Below are positions 9,089-18,820 of a DNA stretch of 40,297 nt, in pieces. A model generated the notes under the pieces. It did not search any database. It was given only the letters and a program-made list of their open reading frames with translations, and had not been told where the DNA came from. The position numbers were made by a program, and so were the translations under genes. The first letter of the stretch is position 1; each line of letters opens with the position of its first letter. The DNA comes from Fibrobacterales bacterium (GTDB lineage: Bacteria; Fibrobacterota; Fibrobacteria; Fibrobacterales; JAOPTW01), in NCBI GenBank assembly GCA_051532035.1, contig JAOPTW010000050.1, positions 1 through 40,297 on the forward strand. Direction: 5' to 3'.

Positions 9089-10351
9089 CTAAAGCGTCGC
9101 TAAAACCTTTGCAACTTTTTGTACTACAGCGTCTAGGTCATCAGCAGTATGCGCTGCCGAAACAAACCCTGCTTCGAACTGAGAAGGCGCCAAATAGACT
9201 CCCTCATCAAGCATTCCTCGAAAGAAAGCACCGTATTTTTCCGTATCACATGCCGCTGCTTCGGCATAGCTCACCACAGGTGTTCCTGTAAAAAAGAGGG
9301 TTGCCATTGATGCTATTGCATTAATCTGCATATCATAGGGCTCAATCACTTTTCTGAGCGCAGCAATATAGTGATCCGATTTTGCATTAAGGTCGGCATA
9401 GAAACCAGGTTTAGCCAACTCTTTAAACGCCGCAAGACCCGCATGCATGGCAAGTGGATTTCCCGAAAGGGTTCCTGCTTGATACACATCTCCGAGAGGA
9501 CTCACACGCTCCATAATCTCTTTTTTTCCACCGTACGCCCCTACAGGAAGCCCGCCGCCAATTATTTTACCAAAGGTACTGAGATCGGGCTCGACCCCAA
9601 AGTAGCCTTGCGCTCCTGTTTCAGTCACTCTAAAGCCTGTCATCACTTCGTCAAAAATCAGTACGGTACCACTTTTTTGACACAGCTCTTGCAAGCCCAG
9701 AATAAAACTCTTATCCGGAACAACAACACCCATATTACCCGCAACCGGCTCAAGAATAATAGCCGCAATATCATTTTCATTGGCTTCGAAGAGCGCCGCG
9801 ACACTTTCAAGATTATTGTAATCTGCAAGAAGCGTATCCTGTGCTGCACCTTTGGTAACCCCTGCTGAGTTTGGCGTACCATAGGTTAAAGCCCCAGACC
9901 CCGCTTCAATAAGGAAGAAATCTGCATGCCCATGATAGCATCCTCTAAATTTTACAATTTTTTCTCTCCCCGTATAGCCTCTTGCCAGGCGTACTGCCGA
10001 CATGGTTGCTTCGGTACCAGAGTTTACCATACGAATCATATCAACTGAAGGCAGGAGCGAAACGAGAAGCTCTGCAAACTCGACCTCTGCTTCACAACAC
10101 GCACCAAAGCTGACCCCATAAGCCGCTGCTTTTTGTACGGCTTCTACTATAGCAGGGTGAGAATGCCCTAAAATCATTGGCCCCCATGAGCCCACAAAAT
10201 CAATATACTCTTTGCCGTCAGTGTCATAGACATACGCGCCAGAGGCACGCTCTATAAAAACAGGATCTCTCCCAACAGAAGAGAAGGCGCGAACGGGAGA
10301 ATTTACACCACCCGGAATACAACTATTAGCACGGCTCCACAAATCACTCAT
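9089..10351 (-). CDS. hemL: Glutamate-1-semialdehyde 2,1-aminomutase
   Basis: IPGGVNSPVRAF, NSGTEATMSAVRLARG, FDEVMTGFR, GKIIGGGLPVGAYGG, YQAGTLSGNP, PSQFEAGF. Confidence 0.98.
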   Translation of the reverse strand: MSDLWSRANSCIPGGVNSPVRAFSSVGRDPVFIERASGAYVYDTDGKEYIDFVGSWGPMILGHSHPAIVEAVQKAAAYGVSFGACCEAEVEFAELLVSLLPSVDMIRMVNSGTEATMSAVRLARGYTGREKIVKFRGCYHGHADFFLIEAGSGALTYGTPNSAGVTKGAAQDTLLADYNNLESVAALFEANENDIAAIILEPVAGNMGVVVPDKSFILGLQELCQKSGTVLIFDEVMTGFRVTETGAQGYFGVEPDLSTFGKIIGGGLPVGAYGGKKEIMERVSPLGDVYQAGTLSGNPLAMHAGLAAFKELAKPGFYADLNAKSDHYIAALRKVIEPYDMQINAIASMATLFFTGTPVVSYAEAAACDTEKYGAFFRGMLDEGVYLAPSQFEAGFVSAAHTADDLDAVVQKVAKVLATL

Positions 10352-11111
10352 AATTTCTCTTTTCCTTTATCAATTGTATGAGACTTATCTCATTTGGCTC
10401 TGCCGCCATAAATACGCGGTCAGTGTAGTACTCTTTTAATGTTTTAAATGCTGATGGCCCAAGCGCAAAATGTTTCCATTTACTTCGAATATCTGGATTT
10501 ATATCTTTTAATAATTCATAACTGTTTCTAACAGCAGATGAGGAGTAGTAAACTATGCCACCGATCTCACTCAGTGCCGATCCAAAAGGCCCCGAAGACC
10601 CACAGTACTTCTGAAGTATCTTTCTCGATTTTTCAGGGAGAACAGCGGTATAGACATAACTATTAATTATGGGGATTTTAAAGGCCCGCTCAAACTCTTC
10701 TGGGTTCAGTTCAGTTATATGGGAACACAAGTGACATATTGTCTCCCCTGGCTCAAGTAATTTCGAAAGTTCAAGGCCCAGATACTCTCTATTATTCCCT
10801 TGAGATTCAAAACAAACCTCAAATCCAAATTCAACCAGAGATCGTGAAGTTTTGGGGCCAATCGAAATCACCTTCTTATTAAGGGAAAGGATCTTTTTTA
10901 ATACCGAGCGTTTTAAAAAATGAATTGTTTGAGATGAGCTAAACATTAGGTGGGACGCCGCCTCAATTTTTTGGAAGAAATTCTCACCAAATTCAACCGG
11001 CACCGTCTTTATTGCCGGCAACTCCAACACCCTAAACCCCGCATTCTCAAATTGCTGCGTTGTTTCGGATGCCCGGTTTTCCGGGCGTGTATTTAATAAT
11101 AATGGTTTCAT
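10344..11111 (-). CDS. hemD: Uroporphyrinogen-III synthase
   Basis: LLNTRP start, IGPKT and ALGP motifs, VY-x-A motif; lies between hemC and hemL. Confidence 0.85.
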   Translation of the reverse strand: MKPLLLNTRPENRASETTQQFENAGFRVLELPAIKTVPVEFGENFFQKIEAASHLMFSSSQTIHFLKRSVLKKILSLNKKVISIGPKTSRSLVEFGFEVCFESQGNNREYLGLELSKLLEPGETICHLCSHITELNPEEFERAFKIPIINSYVYTAVLPEKSRKILQKYCGSSGPFGSALSEIGGIVYYSSSAVRNSYELLKDINPDIRSKWKHFALGPSAFKTLKEYYTDRVFMAAEPNEISLIQLIKEKRNYE

Positions 11112-11112
11112 A

Positions 11113-12054
11113 TTAACTTAAAAGTGCATGATCGTCGAGTTCACTCGGCAAAGGAACCCCTCTGAGTGCACACTCTTCAGTAAACCAGGTAACCATTTCG
11201 GATACGATATCCTCTGACACAGGCTCTTGATAGGTCTTTGAAAACCGTACAATTTCTCCATTCTGTTGATTTGCAATCATCGCTTCAACAGCAACACTCT
11301 CATCGATTACAGTAGCGAACGCAGCCATAGGAGCCTTACAGCCTCCCCCAATTTTTTCCATAAAGCTTCGCTCTATTTCCATAGCAATACGCGACTCCCG
11401 ATGATCAACCGATCCAACAATTTTCTGTGTGCTGGTATCATTTGATCGCACCTCTATGCCAAGGACACCCTGCCCTATGGAAGGGATCATTTCGGTAACA
11501 GAAAACTGCTGAGTAGCGACCTCAAGCCGGCCAACGCGCTTAAGACCCGCAGCTGCCAGGATAACACCATCAAGGTCACCCTCCAACACTTCATTAATTC
11601 TGGTCTCTATATTACCTCGAATTTCCACATACTCCAAGTCAGGTCGTATCTGCTGAAGCATAATTCTTCTCCGTACCGAACCGGTGCCAATACGTGCCCC
11701 TGGCTTAAACTCAGCCAACGTCTCTCCTTTAGAGATCAATACATCAAAAGGGTTTTCACGCTCAGTGTACACCCCAATTTCCATCCCCTCAGGGAGTTGA
11801 TGAGGAACGTCTTTTAACGAATGGACCGCGCACTCTATTTCTCCAGCGGCAAGAGCTACCTCAAGTTCTTTGACAAATACCCCTTGGGTCCCAAAAGCAT
11901 GCAATGGTTGTGTTCTATCGAGATCACCCATTGTTTTGATTATTTTGAGCTCAAATGTGTGTTCCGGCTCTCTTTCACGCATTAGATTCACCAACTGGGT
12001 ACATTGAGTCAATGCCAAATCGCTTCCACGAGTCCCTACTCTAATATGTGCCAT
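11113..12054 (-). CDS. hemC: Hydroxymethylbilane synthase (porphobilinogen deaminase)
   Basis: GTRGSDLALTQ, GVFVKELE, AVHSLKDVP, RGNIETR, GGCKAP cofactor Cys; ATG 12054 used as start. Confidence 0.98.
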   Translation of the reverse strand: MAHIRVGTRGSDLALTQCTQLVNLMREREPEHTFELKIIKTMGDLDRTQPLHAFGTQGVFVKELEVALAAGEIECAVHSLKDVPHQLPEGMEIGVYTERENPFDVLISKGETLAEFKPGARIGTGSVRRRIMLQQIRPDLEYVEIRGNIETRINEVLEGDLDGVILAAAGLKRVGRLEVATQQFSVTEMIPSIGQGVLGIEVRSNDTSTQKIVGSVDHRESRIAMEIERSFMEKIGGGCKAPMAAFATVIDESVAVEAMIANQQNGEIVRFSKTYQEPVSEDIVSEMVTWFTEECALRGVPLPSELDDHALLS

Positions 12055-12298
12055 TACCAATCCCTATTTAGACGTCTATTCACGACTTTTTAAATTTTTA
12101 ATATTTTATCCTTTAAACAATGTATCAATAATCAATTTTTTTTTCATCAGCTTTTCTTCACATCTTCTGCCGTTGCTATTGGATCCATCCATTATCTTCC
12201 TCTTTATCTACCAAAACACTCTCTTTTTAGGGGACATAGCGTTCAATAAACAATTAGCAAATAGTAATCTAATTTATTATATTGTTTGACCACACCTC

Positions 12299-14365
12299 AT
12301 GAAACACAGACAAAAGGACCGTACAGTGCTCAGGAAACTGCTTTTTTTCGTGCTTATTATTCAACTCTTAGCATTTGCTGATGATTTTTCCATCAAATCC
12401 TTTAATGCTGTCGATGCAGGCGAACCCGACAAATATATCACTGCTCCCTTTTCAAGTGAATTAAAAAAGGTTAAATCCGGGAAAATTCAAAAAGGAAAGT
12501 TTTACGTACGTCATAAATTCGAAGACCCTTACGACCCTGACGCCATCACGTATCAACTTTTTGAAGGACAGCCAAGTTCGTCAATAGGAACCCTTTCAAA
12601 ATTTAAAATTCCTAAAGGGATGAACATTAGAACGTTCGTCAAAAAGAAATTTTACCTCAGTGACTATGCTGAGTTTGATGAAGACATTGAAACAGTCTAT
12701 TTCGATAAAAAGTATGCGTATGTCGAAAAAGAAGAGACTCTCTATATTAAAAACGGCGGTTCATTTAAAACACTCGGCTTTTTAGATGAAAAGATATGCT
12801 ACATCGAAGTAACCTCAGAGCCTTCTGGCGCTACTGTTAAAGTCGATGGAAAGTCAAAAGGTATTACACCGGTAAAGTTTTCTGTCATTTCTACTAAACC
12901 TATTTTGGCTACTATTAAGAAAAAGGGCTATTACACAATAAGCCGCTCTATTAAGCCCAACCCCAATAGCTTGACTCAAGACGGTCTCCTTCTTATCAGT
13001 AAAAAAGAGATGGAAAACCCTGTCCCTCCCCATAAAGCACTTTTTAAAAAGCTTACGAAAAAGCCGGATTATGATACACTAAAAATTCTTGCACGAAACA
13101 TCAAAAAGAGCCTAAAAGAGCTTCCAGAATTACTAAGAGACGCTAAATCCAACATAGAAACCAACTATCCCGCTAACCCGCCAAAGGGCTCAAGTGAGAG
13201 TAAAGGTAATTTTGGAAAGCGATCAAAAAGTTGGAAAAAGAACCTGAAAAATGAGCTGATAGAGCAAGACAAAAAGGCAAAGACTTATAAAGCTGAGCTT
13301 AAAAAGCTGTTGAAAAAAGTGAATAAAGCAAAAGAAGGCTTCAGAGCACTTGAGAAAAAACGTTTAGCGAAAGAAGCACGAGCAGAGAAAAAACGTTTAT
13401 CGAAAGAAAAAGCAGCAGAGAAAAAGAGACGCAAAGCTGAAGCTGCTCAAAAAGAGAAAGAGCAGTACACCCTTCTCTATACAGCAATTGACTCTAAAAA
13501 CATCACACTGGGCAAATACCGCAGAGGTACCTACAAGTACTCTATTAGTATGGACCAATCGCCCTTCCAGTTCAACTACTCTGGACGTTTCAGGAAAGGC
13601 CGGGTAAACAAAGACGAGCTCTTAGAGAGCCTAGACGAGGTAACTGCAGTCCTTAAATACTGGAATGTTGAGACTGAAGATGGGTATTTCAAAGCCCTCC
13701 ATGGCGTTGATCTCTACTATCAGGGTAAAAAATTCAAAACGAGTAGACGCTCAAAAGGTAAGTTCACTTATAGTGAGTCGGATTCACATTCAAAAAAACT
13801 CTTGAAAAAGTTTAAAGCTAAGCATAAAAAGCGACTCAAAAACAGAAGTAGGAAAAAGGCATTTTACAAGGAGGACATTCAAAAGAGTAAAGAAGCTCTT
13901 GAACTCTTTGAATCAGGTAAAGGCCCAAAGAATGAACCCTCTATAAAAGAAACGAGTGATAAGCTCATTGAAAAAGATTCTAAAGATATTGCACAAAATG
14001 AAGAAAAGAAAGAAGAGTTCAAAGAATCTTTTGAGCAAATGGATGAACTCTACGAAGATAGCGATGTTCCATTCTATACTGCAATAGCTCTTGGCGCCGT
14101 TTCCGTCGGAACCGGTTACCTCGCCTACACCTATTATGATCAGGCAGATAAAGCCAAGGCAAGTGCTAATGTCGTGAGACAAGCTATTTCTTCACCAGAT
14201 GGGAAAGTGAATGTTGATGGCGTAGAAGTCAGTGACAAGAATGAACTCACAGAAGTCGCCAATGAACTTATCAATGAACACAACGACAAAAATGATAAGT
14301 TTAAACTTTTTGGTATAATAAGTGGCCTCTCACTGACTGCCAGCATTGTACTCTTTACCTTCTAA
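12299..14365 (+). CDS. Lysine-rich exported PEGA-domain protein with coiled coil and C-terminal membrane hairpin
   Basis: Signal-like N-terminus (true start may be GTG 12326); PEGA motif VTSEPSGATVKVDGKSKGITPV...KKGY; charged helix; two C-terminal hydrophobic segments ending in F. Confidence 0.7.
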   Translation: MKHRQKDRTVLRKLLFFVLIIQLLAFADDFSIKSFNAVDAGEPDKYITAPFSSELKKVKSGKIQKGKFYVRHKFEDPYDPDAITYQLFEGQPSSSIGTLSKFKIPKGMNIRTFVKKKFYLSDYAEFDEDIETVYFDKKYAYVEKEETLYIKNGGSFKTLGFLDEKICYIEVTSEPSGATVKVDGKSKGITPVKFSVISTKPILATIKKKGYYTISRSIKPNPNSLTQDGLLLISKKEMENPVPPHKALFKKLTKKPDYDTLKILARNIKKSLKELPELLRDAKSNIETNYPANPPKGSSESKGNFGKRSKSWKKNLKNELIEQDKKAKTYKAELKKLLKKVNKAKEGFRALEKKRLAKEARAEKKRLSKEKAAEKKRRKAEAAQKEKEQYTLLYTAIDSKNITLGKYRRGTYKYSISMDQSPFQFNYSGRFRKGRVNKDELLESLDEVTAVLKYWNVETEDGYFKALHGVDLYYQGKKFKTSRRSKGKFTYSESDSHSKKLLKKFKAKHKKRLKNRSRKKAFYKEDIQKSKEALELFESGKGPKNEPSIKETSDKLIEKDSKDIAQNEEKKEEFKESFEQMDELYEDSDVPFYTAIALGAVSVGTGYLAYTYYDQADKAKASANVVRQAISSPDGKVNVDGVEVSDKNELTEVANELINEHNDKNDKFKLFGIISGLSLTASIVLFTF
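13352..13450 (+). repeat. Three degenerate 33-bp tandem coding repeats (11-aa EKKR units)
   Basis: GAGAAAAAACGTTTAGCGAAAGAAGCACGAGCA / GAGAAAAAACGTTTATCGAAAGAAAAAGCAGCA / GAGAAAAAGAGACGCAAAGCTGAAGCTGCTCAA. Confidence 0.7.
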
Positions 14366-14727
14366 TGATCGGCACTATTGAACTCGAAAATGTTCGCCTC
14401 AACTGTATTATTGGCGAACTAGAGCACGAACGAACAAACGAGCAGCTCCTGCTGCTCGACATCACGTACACCTATGACATCAAAAAGACCGTAAGGCATG
14501 ATGACATCGACCTCTCGGTGGACTATAGTAAACTTTCAGAAATGCTCATACAATTCATTAGCAACTCTCAGTTTAAGCTCCTCGAAACACTCTGTGTAGA
14601 ATGTTGCTCACTAAGCCTCGACCAATTCCCCAAAATAGAATCAATCTCTATTAAGGCAAAAAAACCAGACGCCCTCCATAACATCGACCTCTGTAGTGCT
14701 CGATTTACTCTTGACAGAGTATCATAA
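14365..14727 (+). CDS. folB: Dihydroneopterin aldolase
   Basis: IG-x3-HER-x3-Q, SVDY, F-x-LLETL, KP-x-A motifs; TAATG stop/start overlap with the upstream gene. Confidence 0.92.
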   Translation: MIGTIELENVRLNCIIGELEHERTNEQLLLLDITYTYDIKKTVRHDDIDLSVDYSKLSEMLIQFISNSQFKLLETLCVECCSLSLDQFPKIESISIKAKKPDALHNIDLCSARFTLDRVS

Positions 14728-14790
14728 CCCCCTCAATTGCCCTTAAAACCAGTACATTTGTCATTTTTTGATAAAATCTCAAAAAAGCAC

Positions 14791-14817
14791 TAAAGGTTTT
14801 TAAAATTAAGCCGATAT
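14791..14817 (+). promoter_or_regulatory. Sigma28 (FliA) promoter
   Basis: TAAA-N15-GCCGATAT upstream of the flagellin gene. Confidence 0.9.
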
Positions 14818-14947
14818 ATATAGTGAGGGATTTCTGTCCCGTCAACAGGTGGGGAAGCCTGGGAGACAGAGACTTATGATCGGAGAGCGTGTTTCACTAC
14901 ATATATCGTAGCGCATACGCTCCCTGGAAAAAACCAAAGGAGTGGTT

Positions 14948-15865
14948 ATGCAAGTATCTACAAGCATACCCTACGCAGCCCGTGCTATGACGGGGTATAT
15001 AAATTCGTACAACAAGGAGATTGGAAAGTCTCTTGAACGCCTTGGATCTGGACTCAGAATCAATAAGCCGTCTGATGATTCATTTAATTATTTCAAAGCA
15101 CAAAAACTCAACCGTCGAGCGGATAACTCTCTCGCAACGTCCAGAGCACTCGAAGACCATGTAAGCCGGCTCAACACTGCATCAGATGCACTTGATTCGG
15201 CCCGGAGTATGCTCTTGGACATGGAAGCACTTGCACTCCAAGCATCCGAAGAGGATAACGCCTCGATTCGTGCCGACCTAGCACAAGAATTTGAAGCCAA
15301 AAAGGATGGCTATACGAGTCTTATCAACTCAACCACCTATGATGGCGGTATTCTCATGTCGGGCTCCTACGATACCGACGCTGGGGCCGATGGTTTTACC
15401 GCCCAGGTCGACGAAGACGCTAATAACACCTATAATTATGGCGTTCTCGATGCGCGGTACGACTCTGCCGACGGACTCAACATGCAGACTGGCGACGCTG
15501 AAGATCTCGTTACCGGATGGGAGAATGGCGGAAAAGCTGCCGCACTCACCTTCTACAATGAGTTTAATTCACTTGCTGCGGATGGTGTCACTCCTCTTGA
15601 ATCAGGGATATCAAAAATCGAGCGCAATGCCAATCGAATCGAGACACACCTTACCGTTATCCAAGGAGCTCGAGATAATCTTGTTGCGCGCGGTGCAAAC
15701 TATGAGGCCGCAGCCTCGTCAATCGTTGGTGTAGATGAGGTAGAAGAGGCCACTAAGTTCTCGGCACTCCAGATTAAGCAACAGGCAAGTGCCTCATTTC
15801 TCGCTCAATTTAATGTCGGTCAATCTAACGTCATCAGTGCTTTGATGACAACACAGAATAGTTAG
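14948..15865 (+). CDS. Flagellin-family protein (divergent)
   Basis: SLERLGSGLRINKPSDD N-terminal motif and D-x3-E-x7-QIKQQASASFLAQ-x-N C-terminal motif; AAGGAG SD before ATG 14948; sigma28 promoter. Confidence 0.9.
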   Translation: MQVSTSIPYAARAMTGYINSYNKEIGKSLERLGSGLRINKPSDDSFNYFKAQKLNRRADNSLATSRALEDHVSRLNTASDALDSARSMLLDMEALALQASEEDNASIRADLAQEFEAKKDGYTSLINSTTYDGGILMSGSYDTDAGADGFTAQVDEDANNTYNYGVLDARYDSADGLNMQTGDAEDLVTGWENGGKAAALTFYNEFNSLAADGVTPLESGISKIERNANRIETHLTVIQGARDNLVARGANYEAAASSIVGVDEVEEATKFSALQIKQQASASFLAQFNVGQSNVISALMTTQNS

Positions 15866-15884
15866 ATTAAAATAGTGTTAATAG

Positions 15885-15917
15885 AAAAAAGCACCACCAA
15901 AAGAGGTGGTGCTTTTT
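15885..15917 (+). terminator. Intrinsic terminator after flagellin
   Basis: AAAAAGCACCACC-AAAAGA-GGTGGTGCTTTTT. Confidence 0.85.
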
Positions 15918-15962
15918 ATATTGTTATCATAGCGAAATAGACCGAAAAAGACGGGAGTCCTA

Positions 15963-17213
15963 GTGGCATACAGTTTACAAACGAGAAAAGTTCTTGCAAT
16001 GATAATGGCAGGCGGGCAAGGCTCACGCCTCCAACCCCTTACGAGTGACCGGGCAAAGCCTGCTGTTCACTTTGCAGGTAAATACCGTATTATTGACTTT
16101 GTATTAAATAATTTTATTAATTCTGGCATCTATAAAATAAAAGTTCTTACCCAGTTCAAATCAGATTCTCTTAACAGACACATCACGAGCGGCTGGACAC
16201 TCAATCGATCACTCGGCCAATACGTTGACCTGGTGCCCGCACAAATGAGAACTGGTGGCAATTGGTACCGTGGTACTGCAGATGCAATTTACCAAAACAT
16301 CAACCTTATTACCGATGAAAACCCAGATTTTGTTGCGGTATTTGGTGGCGACCATATTTATAAAATGGACGTGAACCAGATGATCGATTATCATCAACAA
16401 AAAGCAGCACTTGCTACGGTTTCTGCAATACCTGTTCCTCGCGAAGAAGCAATGGATTTTGGCGTTATTCAGGTCGATAACGATGGTAGAATGATTGGCT
16501 TTGAAGAGAAGCCTGAAGACCCAAAAGAGATTCCTGGCCGCCCAGGATGGTGTCTTGCTTCTATGGGTAACTATATTTTTAACTCACGATTTCTCGTACG
16601 AGAACTTATGAACTGCGTTGACCGCGACAATGGTTTCGATTTTGGCCAAGACATTCTCCCTGCCATCTTCAATGACTACCCAGTCTATGTCTACGACTTT
16701 AATACCAACATCGTTCCTGGTGAGTCAGCCCTGAGCCGAGGATACTGGAAAGACGTCGGTACCATTGAAGCTTTTTACGAAGCAAATCTCAATATTTGTG
16801 CAGTAACCCCTGAGTTTAATCTTTATAACAAACAGTGGCCACTGCGTACCCTTCAAGAAAACGCACCACCAGCAAAGTTTGTTTTTGCCGGAGGTAATGA
16901 TACGGACCCACTCGGACAAGCCCTTGACTCTGTTGTCTCTGGCGGCTGTATCATATCGGGAGCAACCGTTCGCACCTCTGTACTGAGCCAGAATGTTGTC
17001 ATAAATACCAATGCAACCGTTGAGAATGCTGTCATCTTCCCTGAAGCTACTATTGGTCAAAATTGCAAAATACGAAATGTTATTATTGAGAAAGGGGTGG
17101 ATATCCCTGACGACTATGAAATCGGATACGATTTAGAAAAAGATACTGAACGTTTTTGTGTTACCAGTGATGGCATTATTGTCGTCCCCAAGAATGCGCA
17201 GTTCCCTGTGTAA
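15963..17213 (+). CDS. glgC: Glucose-1-phosphate adenylyltransferase
   Basis: AGGQGSRLQPLT-x2-RAKPAV, WYRGTADAIYQN, GDHIYKMD, FEEKP, YWKDVGT, C-terminal left-handed beta-helix. Confidence 0.97.
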   Translation: MAYSLQTRKVLAMIMAGGQGSRLQPLTSDRAKPAVHFAGKYRIIDFVLNNFINSGIYKIKVLTQFKSDSLNRHITSGWTLNRSLGQYVDLVPAQMRTGGNWYRGTADAIYQNINLITDENPDFVAVFGGDHIYKMDVNQMIDYHQQKAALATVSAIPVPREEAMDFGVIQVDNDGRMIGFEEKPEDPKEIPGRPGWCLASMGNYIFNSRFLVRELMNCVDRDNGFDFGQDILPAIFNDYPVYVYDFNTNIVPGESALSRGYWKDVGTIEAFYEANLNICAVTPEFNLYNKQWPLRTLQENAPPAKFVFAGGNDTDPLGQALDSVVSGGCIISGATVRTSVLSQNVVINTNATVENAVIFPEATIGQNCKIRNVIIEKGVDIPDDYEIGYDLEKDTERFCVTSDGIIVVPKNAQFPV

Positions 17214-17231
17214 CTACTCATTTACATTTTA

Positions 17232-17274
17232 ATACAGTAAGAGCGCTACCCAAAAGATAGCGCTCTTACTGTAT
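17232..17274. terminator. Long hairpin between convergent genes (probable terminator)
   Basis: 17-bp perfect inverted repeat ATACAGTAAGAGCGCTA/TAGCGCTCTTACTGTAT with a 9-nt loop. Confidence 0.7.
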
Positions 17275-17309
17275 AATCTCTTTAAAACCCAATAGATCAC
17301 TATTAATTG

Positions 17310-18695
17310 TTATAACCCTTGATAGACTTTATATGCATACTCAGCAAGTGAAGGGTCACGCGCGCCCATTAACAACAACACATCGCCTTCGGTTATACAG
17401 TCACGCGCCACACCAACAACTTGGTCTCTATCTTCAATAAAACGGGCCTTTCTCCCTTTGCCTACGATGTCATCAATAAGGTCACCGGCCGAAATATCTT
17501 TAACCGCAGTGCCTCCAGCATAATAGATCTCTGACATCCAAATTTCATCATCCTCACGGAGTGCATTACTGATTTCTTGTACGAACTCACTTCGCAGAAA
17601 CCTCGTCGGGCCATACCCATGAGGTTGAAACCACGCATAGACTTTTCCGCCTAACCCCTGAGCCGACTCTATGGATGCAGCTATTTTAGCAGGATTATGC
17701 GCATAATCGTCTATGACCGTAATACCCTCTTTTACCCCAATAAGCTGATGTCGGCGATAAATCCCACCATAAGTACTTAAAGCCCAGGCAACTTGCTCAA
17801 GAGATATGCCCAAATATTCTGTTACCGCACAGACCGCAAGAGCATTCTCCATATTATGTCGCCCAATCACTGGGATTTTAAAGTCGACACTTTGTACTTT
17901 AAAGTATATTTCAAAACCATCTTGGTGAAAAGTATTCCCATTCACTGCACATTTACACGTTTGATAACTATAACAAAAATCATAGCCCTCATCCTGTGAA
18001 AACTCTTTTGCTAGTGGATGAGAAAAATTAACGATAAGTCTATCTTTTACATTGCTCTTAAACGTTGAGAATATCTCTTGAAGCTCATCCATCTCTTTAT
18101 GATCTTTATCCAGATTGAGAATCACCCCAACTTCTGGGGTATAATTAACGAGCGTTCCATCTGACTCATCTGCCTCAATAACCAGCCAATCACCAGACCC
18201 CGCAAACGCATTACCAATTTTTCCCTCTTTTTGAAGGGAGATAAGTCCCGCGCCCGAGATAAATGAAGGATCCCATCCTGACTCACGCATTACATGGAAA
18301 AGCATTCCTGCTGTAGTAGATTTACCCGAAGTACCAGAAAGGGCAATGGTCTTTTTGCTCTTGGTTATCATGGTTAACATTTCAGACCGATGCAGTACCG
18401 TTATACCAAGCTCTCTTGCTTTAACGAGTTCTTTATTGTCCTCTTCAATAGCTGTCGAGATAACCACAACATCAAAAGTTGTATCAATCCCCGACCCATC
18501 TTGAGGGAAACAAGAGATCCGCTCCTCTTCGAGTTGCTCTTGTACTTCCGTTGTATGCCCTCCCTTAAACTGCCTATCAGAGCCCGCTACTTTTTTGCCA
18601 ATACCACTCATATATTGAGCGATAGCGCTCATACCAACACCACCAACGCCTATAAAAAAGAGGGACGTAATGTCAGATATGCTTTGATGCTTCAT
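17310..18695 (-). CDS. murC: UDP-N-acetylmuramate--L-alanine ligase family (stand-alone MurC-like)
   Basis: IGVGGVGMSAIA, GSD, GTSGKSTT P-loop, EADESDGT, DDYAHNP, FQPH; start moved to ATG 18695. Confidence 0.8.
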   Translation of the reverse strand: MKHQSISDITSLFFIGVGGVGMSAIAQYMSGIGKKVAGSDRQFKGGHTTEVQEQLEEERISCFPQDGSGIDTTFDVVVISTAIEEDNKELVKARELGITVLHRSEMLTMITKSKKTIALSGTSGKSTTAGMLFHVMRESGWDPSFISGAGLISLQKEGKIGNAFAGSGDWLVIEADESDGTLVNYTPEVGVILNLDKDHKEMDELQEIFSTFKSNVKDRLIVNFSHPLAKEFSQDEGYDFCYSYQTCKCAVNGNTFHQDGFEIYFKVQSVDFKIPVIGRHNMENALAVCAVTEYLGISLEQVAWALSTYGGIYRRHQLIGVKEGITVIDDYAHNPAKIAASIESAQGLGGKVYAWFQPHGYGPTRFLRSEFVQEISNALREDDEIWMSEIYYAGGTAVKDISAGDLIDDIVGKGRKARFIEDRDQVVGVARDCITEGDVLLLMGARDPSLAEYAYKVYQGL

Positions 18696-18769
18696 AGAAT
18701 TGCCTAAATAGATTCTGTATGTACACAATATAACTAACACACTGTATCTACGACTCTTTTATATACAAC

Positions 18770-18800
18770 AAAAAAGCCCCAAGGCAAATACCTTGGGGCT
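18770..18800 (-). terminator. Intrinsic terminator
   Basis: AGCCCCAAGG-CAAATA-CCTTGGGGCT with minus-strand U-tract. Confidence 0.85.
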
Positions 18801-18820
18801 GTAATTATCTCCGCACCACA

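Noticed and set aside
8977..9868. Plus-strand ORFs 8977-9291 and 9371-9868
   Set aside because: Antisense shadows of hemL that cross a terminator and lack motifs. The other short overlapping ORFs in the track were rejected likewise.
12106..12192. Small minus-strand ORF upstream of hemC (MDGSNSNGRRCEEKLMKKKLIIDTLFKG)
   Set aside because: 28 codons in AT-rich DNA with no similarity to hemA or any family I recognise.
17232..17274. 17-bp inverted repeat as a REP/MITE element
   Set aside because: Single copy in the window and located between convergent genes; a terminator explains it.
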